This document shows positions 54,133-64,000 of a stretch of 64,000 nucleotides of DNA, one piece after another; position 1 is the first letter of the stretch, and the number at the start of each line of letters is the position of its first letter. Origin of the DNA: Octopus vulgaris (Eukaryota). A program made the position numbers and the translations under genes. The notes beneath the pieces were generated by a model. The model saw only the letters and a list, made by a program, of their open reading frames with translations, did no database searches and had not been told where the DNA came from. The stretch lies in NCBI GenBank assembly GCA_951406725.2, contig OX597819.1, forward strand, positions 38,626,001-38,690,000. Reading direction: 5' to 3'.

Positions 54133-54170
54133 TATGTTTCCGACGAAGAGCTCCGCTCGAAACGTCATAC
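54133..54170 (+). ncRNA. Minimal hammerhead-like motif
   Basis: CCGACGA-a-gagc(tcc)gctc-GAAAC-GTC. Palindromic ACGT stem III as in dimer-type Penelope-like hammerheads. Stem I is weak. Confidence 0.5.
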
Positions 54171-54260
54171 CTCCCTGCTTCCATTTCCTGAGCGCCTATT
54201 AATAATAATACTGTAATTGTTCCATTGTTGTTGTTTTTTTGTTTCCCGTTTGGATTAAAA

Positions 54261-54300
<40 letters not shown>

Positions 54301-55066
54301 TTGTCTTTGTTTGTCCCCCACCTCCACCATCACTTGACAGCTGATATTGTAGTGTTTATGTCCCCGTAACTTAACTGTTTGGCAAAAGATACCAATAGAA
54401 TAAGTACTAAGCTTACAAAGCTTCAACTAAAAAATCATTTCAGGCAGTACTCCAGCATGGCCACAGTCAAATGACCGAAGCAAGTAAAAGAATAAAAGAA
54501 TGATTCTACCAGTTTAGCACCTTAGTAATAGGAATAAGGGTTTCAAACTTTTAGCACAGAGCAAGTTCTGAGGGGGAGGGACAACTCTATTACATTGACC
54601 CCAATAAGGCAGTGAGCTGGCAGAATCATTACATGCCAAGCAAAATGCTTAGCAGCATTTCGTCCGTCTTCACATTCTGAGTTCAAATTCCACCAATGTT
54701 GACTTTGCCTCTCATCCTTTTGGGGTGGGAAAATAAGTACCAGTTAAGCACTGGAGTTGATGTAACCAACTTAGCCCTTCCCATACTTGCTTGCCTTGTA
54801 CCAAAATTTGAAACTCAGAATGCAAAAAGCAAGAAATATTGCCAAGTATATTAACTAACTCAGTTACAATTCTGTCAGCTCACCCATATGTGTTTTCCGA
54901 TGCTAGCATAAAATGGATAGATTTGTAACACAGCATTCTTCAACCTTCATCATTTTTTAACCTCTACTCTTTTCTGCTGTTAATGCATGCTGTGTCAGAC
55001 AAACAAACACATATAGAGTACTTTGGAAGGGATATGTAAAAACAATTGTATAAAGAGCTCACTGAC

Positions 55067-55513
55067 CTCGGCTATTATTGTCCATTCATTGTCCACTGGT
55101 TCAAACTTCCACCCAACATCACAAGTAGTGCTGTAATTGGCTCCTGTTGACTCATTAATCACTTTCAGCAAACACTCATCTCCATACTCTTCACTGGGAG
55201 TGATCAGGTTCATATATTTGGTGCCAGTGCTGTTGAGAGTTAAACTGCCTCCTCCTCCTCCTCCCCCAGTTCCATCACCTCCTCCTCCATCGTCACTAAT
55301 ACTGGTACTGCTGTAGTTGGTGTTATAGGTCATAGCCATTTCAGCAGCAATGGTGGATTTGCACCGGTAAGGTGTCTGTAATAAGTAGAATGTATTCACA
55401 ATGTTGTTGAAAAAAATAGGGAACATGTTGAGCCCCAGAAACAGGCTAAGCAGCAGTTGGAATCGACCTGGGTCGCCGAGCCGTGCTATGAGGTGATCAA
55501 TTTTTGTAGTCAT
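55067..55513 (-). CDS. SLC22/organic cation transporter-like gene, first coding exon (N-terminus, TM1, large extracellular loop)
   Basis: ATG at 55513 gives MTTKIDHLIARLGDPGRFQLLL...CDVGWKFEPVDNEWTIIAE, matching the SLC22 start (LG.xGRFQ) and loop end (C..GW.F/Y....TI..E). Donor GAG|gtcagt at 55066. Upstream poly-T acceptor ttacag| puts the exon start at 55530 with 17 nt of 5'UTR. 447 nt, phase 0. Confidence 0.92.
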
Positions 55514-58500
55514 CTTTGTCACTTGCTTCTCTGTAACAAAAAAAAAAAAAAAAAAAATACAGGTTTCATTTTAAGATTATGCATTTTATGTTTTAAAATT
55601 AAAAAGCAAAATAAGTTTGGGGAAAGAAAAAAACAATCATTTCAATTTCTTTGAAATAAAATAATATATGGAAAAAAAAAGTTATAATATTCAAGACAAT
55701 TTACAGGGAGGAATCATTAATTACATTATGCTAAACTTCAAAGTAGCAGCTTACAAACGAGGGTGAGGTGGGGGGAGGGGAGTGCTAGATAACATGTCAG
55801 TGGGTGAGACATAGAGGGTAAGTATACACTTTATTAAAATCATTTTGGAAATTGAAATAAGCTAGCTCTTAAAAATAACTTTATTCTGTTAAGCACATCA
55901 AGGACTTTATTTAGATCTTTTCTGTTTAGTTGCACTTTTTAAAATTCTAAAATTAAGTGAAAATTTAAAAATTTGGTGCATTGATGTAATTTTTCAAGCT
56001 GAATCTCAGGGCCTAATTCATTTGTTCCAGTAAAATATTTAAAAGAAATTACAGAGGTTTAAAGTTTGATGATTTTTTAGCTAATCAGAAAACAGGATTT
56101 GGAAGTTATCATTTTGTGTGTGGCTGCAATCACAAGACAACAAAACAATGAAGTCAACAACATTGTGATGATAGCACCTGTTTTAAGCATTTAATAAGTG
56201 AAAAATGATCCTCAAATTAGTGAATAATACATATTTTGTAGTCTTAAGCATTCAAGATGTGGTTATCGAAAATGCAATGTAAAATATCAAAAAACAGCAA
56301 CAGATGGGTACAAACAGGAAAACAGTGTAAAATATCAGTTTGTAAACAATTGGGTTTTCACAAACAAGAGTTCCAATGCTTAGCTTGTTACTATGGAAAC
56401 GGGCACCTATATGTCTGTGGCTTTCAGTTGGCTAAAATTACCCCAAATTTGCAAACTTTAAAAGCTATTAACTGCTTATTTATTGATTTATGGTGAAAAA
56501 GAAATGTCATGTCAAAAATTAGCGTACAATACAACATCAATCTGAAATCAATTGGAACAAAATTGAAAATATTGAAAAGTGACAGCCAAATTGGGAAAGA
56601 TCCCTTTATTTTACTACAAATGCACATTTCACCCATAAACAGTTTATAATGGAGAATTGTGTCTGCATTTCATTTGCAATGACATACTTCGGTGAATCTG
56701 GATTCAGTTCACTTTTGTCACACATGACAAAATCTGGGAATCACTAGCATCCACAGACAGACCTGTGGATCACAATTGGTAAGATACTTTCATGTTCTGA
56801 CAAAGTTATGAATAAGAAGCAGGAATAAAGAAGCAATTGAATCTTATGTTCACCAATTGCAACTAATTTACTAATGTGCCGGTGGCATGTGTAAAAAGAT
56901 TCGAGCGAGGTCATTGCCAGTACTGCCTAACTGGCCCCCGTGCCAGTGACACGTAGAAAGCACCCACTACACTCTCGGAGTGGTTGGATTTAGGAAGGCC
57001 ATCCAGCTGTAGAAACTCTACCAGATCAAGACTGGAGCCTGGTGCAGCCATCTGGTTCGCCAGCTCTCAGTCAAAATCGTCCAACCCATGCTAGCATGGA
57101 AAGCAGACGTTAAAAGATGATGATGATGATGTGACTGATAACAGTTTTTTACTTGGTTTATATTTGCATTTATGTGTAAGTGCCATATAGAAAAGCACCC
57201 ATGTCGGTGCCATGCATAAGGCACCTGTGCTGGAGCCATGTATAAAGCACCCATGTTGGTGCCACATATAAAGCACCCATGTCAGTGACATGTATAAAGC
57301 ACTCATGCTGGTGTTACGTACAAAGTACCTGTATTGCTGTCATGTGGAAAACACCTGTGCTAGTGTCACATATAATGCACCCGTGCCAGTTCCATATATA
57401 AAGCACCTGTGCTGGCTCCACATATAAAGCATCCAGTACACTCTGTAAAGTGGTTGGCATTAGGAAGGGCATCTAGCTGTAGAAACCATGCCAAAATGGA
57501 CAATTGGAGCCTGAGCAGTGCTCCGGCTGGCCAGCTCCTATTAAACCATCCAAGCCATGCCAACATGGAAAGCAGATATTAAATGATAATGAAGATGATG
57601 GTTTTTAGGCACTGAGTCAAAAGTTTATTATATGAGTTGTTTGTTCACTCACATTACTGTACGTGATTCAATTAGAAAAAAAAAATTAATCATTAGAAAA
57701 CTGACCTTTTCTTCTTCAAATGTGACGTTAGTTTTGTAGGGGGGCATGAAAATTAATCAAATGTTTTCTAAGAGAGTGCAGCATGGGAAAGGTTGGGATA
57801 CACTGCTTTAAAAGAGAGAAGGTGAAGAGTTGTTGAGAGAAGCTCATAATTACATTGTGGAGAACAGGGGAAGAAAGGTCAGTAATTCTGCCTGAGGTGA
57901 AATGTCTAGAAAGATCAATAATTATAAATCGGATTGAGCCACAAAAGGAGGATCAATATACTGACTATGATTGATCAATGTATTGACAAATTGACTACAA
58001 ATCTTTTTTTCTTTCTATTATTGAGCTTGATTTTAGTCAAGAAAAATGATGTATAATGGAAGGTGAGATATGGAGATGAATCAATCATTTATATCGTTAA
58101 ATATTTCATAGGGAGGATTCAGTAATTATTTGGGTTGAATTCATTAATTTTGCGAAATCTAGTTTTAAAGGTTTGAATTCAAACGTAAAATGAAAATTTT
58201 CCAAAGTTATTCCTGCCTTTCTTGTGTTGGCCATTCTTCATGTGTGTTTCTATATTTCAAAGAGATGAGTAAGTTAAGAACTATAAGTAAATAAGCCTAT
58301 GATCAAAGATGCTCCAGTTGTGACCATCCCATCTTTTTTCCCACCAAAAGAGTATAATTAGAATGACATTTTCCAGTATATCTTACCATTTTTTAAAAAC
58401 AATATGACGACTCAAGAGAAATTTGGCTGCTTTTTCTAGCAAGCTGAATACGACAATGTACAAGTTTCTTCATTAGCTTGACTACATTGATGAAGGGTAA

Positions 58501-58978
58501 TGGAAATGATTAGAATTCCAGAATCTTTTACTCCCATTACCACCTCCCCACAACAATAATTCTGTTCCTCTCATCACCTTGCCAAGAATCATCACACACT
58601 CTCTCATGTCCTTCTTCCAACTATGGCTGTTTTTTAGTCTACCTGGTCACAAGGTAACCTTATGCTCTAAGGTGATTGGCAGTAGGATTGGTATCCAACC
58701 ATAGAAACTACACTAAAACAGTTGAAGCATGATGCTGTCCTCCAACTTGTTGTATTATGTCGAAAACCATCCAACCCATGCTAATATGAAGGTGGGTGTG
58801 AAATAATGTCAATGAGGCGCAGGAGTGGCTGTGTGGTAAGTAGCTTGCTTACCAACCACATGGTTCTGGGTTCATTCCCACTGCGTGACACCTTGGGCAA
58901 GTGTCTTCTACTATAGCCTCGGGCTGACCAAAGCCTTGTGAGTGGATTTGGTAGATGGAAACTGATAGAAGACAGTCG

Positions 58979-59028
<50 letters not shown>

Positions 59029-59357
59029 TTTGTGTGTCTGTGTTTGTCCGCCCAACATCGCTTGACAACCGATCTGGTGTGTTTACGTCCCCATAACTTA
59101 GCGGTTCAACAAAAGAGACCGATAGAATAAGTACTAGGCTTACAAAGAATAAGTTCTGGGGTCGATTCGTTCAACTAAAGGCGGTGCTCCAGCATGGCTG
59201 CAGTCAAATGACTGAAACAAGTAAAAGAGTAAAAAAGTATGTGTGTGTGTGTGTGTGTGTGTATGTATTTTGCTTAGCCATTGTGAGACAAAAAAAAACC
59301 CACTGTAGAACTCAAAATATGCTTGTTTCTGAACAAAGTGAGAAAGAAAACTGACAA

Positions 59358-59580
59358 AGGAATAAACGATCATCTTATTAACTTCGTTAGCGTTCAGGTG
59401 TTTCTGCAATACGATGCAGTGGATTCATAGTTGAGTGCCCGAGTAACACCTTATAGCTTATATTCAAGGCTCCGATGATGCTATAAGGGTGTTATTCAGG
59501 CACTCAACTATGAGTTCACTGCATTTTATAGCAGAAACAGCTGGAAGCTAATAAAATTCATAAGATAATCATTTATTCTT
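59358..59580. repeat. About 100-bp imperfect inverted repeat (foldback)
   Basis: 59358-59457 pairs with 59480-59580 around a 22-nt spacer. Confidence 0.85.
59466..59549 (+). ncRNA. Hammerhead-like motif with long stem II, mutated cleavage triplet
   Basis: ggct-CCGATGA-tgctataa[39 nt]ttatagca-GAAAC-agct-GGA-agct. Perfect 8-bp stem II. The triplet reads GGA rather than GUA. Confidence 0.5.
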
Positions 59581-60019
59581 TTCTCACCTCTATTTCATAA
59601 ATATATATATATCATCAACATCATCATCATCATACGTGTGTGTGTGTGTGTATGTATATATTTTTTACTTTTTTTTTTTACTTGTTTCAGTCATGTGACT
59701 GTGGCCATGCTGGAGCACCGCCTTTAGTCGAGCAAATTGACTAGTACTTATTCTATTGGTCTCTTTTGCTGAACCGTTAAGTTACGGGGACGTAAACACA
59801 CCAACATCGGTTGTCAAGTGATGTTGGGGTGACAAACACAGACACACAAACATATACATACACATACACATATATACATATATATATACGACGGGCTTCT
59901 TTCAGTTTCCGTCTACCAAATCCACTCACAAGGCTTTGGTCGGCCCAAGGCTATAGTAGAAGACACTTACCCAAGGTGCCACGCAGTGGGACTGAACCCG
60001 GAATCATGTGGTTGGTAGA

Positions 60020-60318
60020 CGGCGCAATAGCCCAGTGGCTGGGACAGCCGACTCACAGTCATAGGATCGCGGTTTCGAATCCCAGACCGGGCGTTATGAG
60101 TGTTTATTGAGTGAAAACACCTAAAGCTCCATGAGGCTCCGGCAGGGGGTGGTGGCAATCCCTGCTGTACTCTTTCGCCATACTTTCTCTCATTCTTTCT
60201 TCTCTTGGCCTGCTCGCTTAGCCAGTGGGGTGGCGTCATTTGAAGGCTAAAACAATGTGAAGCGCATTGTGACCAGCGATGTGTAGCAACATCTGATAGC
60301 CTGATTGGTCACGGTGAT
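60020..60318 (+). mobile_element. tRNA-headed SINE, distinct family, abutting a truncated family-B copy
   Basis: ggcgcaaTAGCCCAGTGG A box and GTTTCGAATCC B box, followed by a non-tRNA body ending at (TA)n. Confidence 0.7.
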
Positions 60319-60609
60319 CTATATATATATATTTTATAGTTGAGAAGACAGTTAACAGTATCACTTGTACCATTTTCAGAATATAACACTTAAGATATTC
60401 ATTATGAAAATATACTTCAATAATGATACTATACAAATAGGAAATGTAGAATTCTGTAACCCCATAAAAGTAGTAATTCCATTCTACAATGGTCACAGTT
60501 AAGAAAAGAAAGACACTTGCTTTGTGAAAGTTCTTTGTTTGATGACAAATAGCCATATAACTACTTGCTGGTAGAAGAAAAGGGAAAGTGTGTGTGTGTG
60601 TGTGTGATA

Positions 60610-61330
60610 TTCGTAATGATGCAGTTTCAGTTTATAAGAAGTAGTCTTCAGAAACAATATTTGTCCAAGCATTAGGAATATGAAAAACTGAAAGAGACTC
60701 TGCATTCAGATAAGGTTGCATTTTACAAGATTCTTTATACAAACAGTAATTTATTTTCTGAAGATATATCAATGAAAATACTTCTGTAATGCAAGCAAGT
60801 TTTGAAGTGTGTGAGATATTTGCAAAGTAAGTGGAAATGCACATGGAAGGTGAGTTTGTTGAAGAGTCTATAGTTGCTGTTGCATGAACTTTAACTCAAG
60901 AAGCTGTGAGATTGTTTGAGAATATTAGTTTATCACGGAGGACAGTTTCTGACCATACAAAAGACATGGCTAATGATATCCAAGTATCCTTGAAACAAGC
61001 AATATCATAATTTGTGTTTTATTCAATGGATGAGACAACAAATACTGAAAATACAGCACAGTTGCTTGTATTTTAAAATGGCATAACAGTAAACTTTATG
61101 ACACAAGATCTGCTTGCTTTAAAATCAATGCGTAGGACTATCAAAAGCAATCTTTTTCTTGAGGTGAAATCAATAATAAGTAATTTCAATTTATTCTACA
61201 ATAAACTTAGTTTGCCATGAATGGTGGAATATCAAAGTGGACTCATTGATTTAATCAAGAAAAATAAGAGAACAATCAGCTTGAATCTAATACCTTAATA
61301 GTGTATCACTGTCTTAACCACTGCCAGATT
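60610..61330 (+). mobile_element. Decayed hAT (SPIN/Buster/GTF2IRD2-like) transposase
   Basis: GEFVEESIVAVA*TL...FENISLSRRTVSDHTKDMANDI...FVFYSMDETTNTENTAQLLVF and a later VYHCL, with stops. Confidence 0.8.
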
Positions 61331-62439
61331 TATTGGACATCCTGCAGGATGAAAAACAAAATCCATCAAAGGGTAGAAGAACTTGAGAGAGTCAAAAGCC
61401 ACCCAATAATGTGTGAAGGCTTGTGGCTTAGTGGTTAGGGCGTTGCACGCATGATTGTGAGATCATGGTTTTGATTCCCAAACTGGCCATGCGTTTTGTT
61501 CTTGAGTAAAATGCTTCATGTTGCTATCGTCCACTCAGCTATAAATGGATAACCTTGAGAGGGATTGGCATACAAGAATGAGATAATTACTCAGGAAAAT
61601 CACATGAATTGAGGCCTCATGAGCTCCATGTCATATTCAGTAACTGTAAAGATGAATAGTACAACCTGTATTGTGAATTTCGTGGCTCACTGGTTACAGA
61701 ATAGGGTTCACAATCATGAGGTAGTGAGTTCGATTCCTAGACTTGGTTGTGTGTTCTGTTCTTGAGCAAGGCATTTTATTTTCACATTACTCCAGGTCAC
61801 TCAGCTGTAGAAATGAGTTGCAACATTACTGGTGCCAAGCTTTTCTCTTGAATAAGATTGGTGGGGTGGAAAGGGGAGACTGGTATGCATGGGTGACTGT
61901 TGGTGTTCTATAAGCAACCTTGCCTGGACTTATGTCTTGGAGGGGAACTTCCTAGGTGCAATCTCATGGTTATTCATTACTATGAATCCTGACTGGTTGG
62001 GATTGGTTGTTCAACCACATCAAAGGATGACCACTGGAATTTATATGTACATTCTTTAAGAGTGAGGAATATGATGAAAGTGGGAACTAAATGTATTAAC
62101 TTCATGAAAAAAGTAAGAAAATTTAAAGAAACTTTGAAAAATGTTGTAGTGGAAAATGGTGAATTACTATTGTACCATTATAAAGTTTATTGGCTGACAT
62201 GTGGTTAAATAGGTGTGTTGGTTGAATTGTTGATGCATACACCTGAGTGTGAGCATCTATTCACGTAAGAATCTCAGAGAATTTTTGGAATGAATAACAA
62301 ATCTTAACTGTGCCACTAATAGATTTCATTTGGAGAATCCTTGTCAGTTTCTTTTGCTCTATTTTTGTGAAACTGAGTATTTCTAGGTTTTTGTTAGTAC
62401 ATAATGATGATAGGTACAATATGTATGAGTGTGTGTACG

Positions 62440-62478
<39 letters not shown>

Positions 62479-62499
62479 ATGTATGTGTGTGAGTATGTG

Positions 62500-62530
<31 letters not shown>

Positions 62531-64000
62531 GCAAGCATGAATGCATGCATCCATGTATGTATATATTTACACATTCATGTATGTATAAACTATCTGAAAT
62601 ATATTTCAAAGCTTGAAAGAACAGATTCCAGAATAAATGCCGGATTGTTTCAAATTTTTTTCATCAATTTTTGAGATTTACAAATTCAAATCTCAAACTC
62701 TGAATATCCAAAATTCTTTTCGATAAAATGCCAGAGAAAATTCTTCATTATTTGGAACTGGAGTATTTCTTCATAGTCTGATAAGAATTTGAAATAGAAA
62801 TTTAATAGTCAATCTCTTTTGGAATTTCACAAATTCTATGTAGATATTGCAGTGTAGTTAAGAAGCTTACTTCCTAACTATGTGGTCTCAGATTAAATCC
62901 TACATGAAGCAAGTGCCTTCTGCTAACCAAAGCTTTGAGGATAGATTTGGTAGATGGAAAAATGTAAGAAATCTGTGTGTGTGTATATATATATACATAC
63001 ACACACAGGCTTCTTACTTTTTTTGCTGGATTGCATGTTAGTTTCTCTTTTTGCAATCTCTGATTTTATTTTTGAGCTTTATAAATGAAGATATTTCCTC
63101 TGTTTGGCTGCTTTTCTCTCTACAAAATGGAAAGTTACGTTGCAGAACAGTCATTTTAACAAGTTATATTTATTTATCACCTGACAAGATACATCTGCAC
63201 CACTGGATGCTCCTGAACCAGTTGTTGAGTGTCCCACAAAAGAGGAATTTATGCTAGATGTGTCAAAACAATTGTTGTGATTAACAATAAATATTCTCAT
63301 ATATTCCATCTTCTGTCTTTCATCATTATCATCATCGTTTAACGTCTGTTTTCCATGCTAGCATGGGTTGGACAAATGACTGAGGGCTGGCAAACCAGAT
63401 GGTTGCACTAGGCTTCAATCTTGATCAAGTAAAGTTTCTACAGCTGCGTGTTTCGAAGGTAAGGGCAGAACACGACTATGTTGAAAAAAAAAATTTTATT
63501 CAATTTGCTTTGCAGGAAGGACTGTTTCAATGTAGTCGTCTTCTGCCCTTACCTTCGAAACATACATTGAGTCGAAACAGGGGCAGCTGAAGAAGGGGAA
63601 TGTTCCTTGCATTGTATGTCTCGTACTCTGCTTTTACGTTGTTAAAAAAAAGTCCATTTCCTTGTTTTGTTTTTATGTTTTCATTTCTCGTTGTGTTCTA
63701 TGTTTTTTTGTGGTGTCCTGTACCCATGTATGCATGTATATATACATATAGATGTAGGTATGTACATATATGTATGTATGCATATGTTTTATTTATTAAA
63801 TTGTTATTATATATACACACATATACCTATACATTTATACATATACACATACATATACATGTATATATAGATGCATGCATTTGTATGTACCCTTGTCTTG
63901 ACACCATGTGATATTTGTAAATGAGCATCACTACCATACAAGCAATACTGTTCATCTCTAGTCTTCTGTGAAGATCATTTCTGGTGATGGGGAATATTAT

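Larger units (their letters stand above)
51690..54262 (+). mobile_element. 2.6-kb non-coding element: CpG-rich blocks, about 1.5 kb of degenerate (CA/CATA)n, terminal hammerhead-like motif
   Basis: Sharp compositional boundaries. Begins and ends at (TA)n and follows an R4/Dong-like fragment. The last ~100 nt are nearly identical to 41589-41687. Confidence 0.55.

Noticed and set aside
60020-60092. Possible tRNA gene
   Set aside because: Imperfect cloverleaf that continues into a SINE body; treated as a SINE head.
63574-63615. GAAAC followed by CTGAAGA as a type-II hammerhead
   Set aside because: Only 8 nt lie between the motifs, too few for stems III and I.

Overview
AT-rich, repeat-saturated eukaryotic DNA. 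The microsatellite-linked SINE families and transposon remnants are most consistent with a coleoid cephalopod (Octopus-like) genome; this is inferred from repeat style. The only supportable gene is a minus-strand, multi-exon SLC22 / organic cation transporter-like MFS gene. Seven coding exons were reconstructed by hand (55513-55067, 44912-44682, 38696-38500, 25329-25093, 19770-19636, 8652-8567, 4789-4687). All have GT-AG boundaries and consistent phases, giving 478 codons. The 3' exons and the non-coding first exon were not located. The introns hold three abundant SINE-like families, RTE, CR1-like and R4/Dong-like LINE fragments, mariner/Tc1 and hAT fossils, MITEs, a short Helitron and many microsatellites. 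Nearly all ORFs in the supplied track are repeat artefacts. The most interesting signal is a set of small elements, mostly beside (TA)n tracts and several with foldback arms, that carry type-I hammerhead-ribozyme-like motifs (about 4.06, 43.67, 44.34, 54.14 and 59.47 kb, plus a split copy at 37.85/38.23 kb). They resemble Penelope-like pLTR or retrozyme elements. Two copies show compensatory stem changes, and every complete core lies antisense to the host gene.
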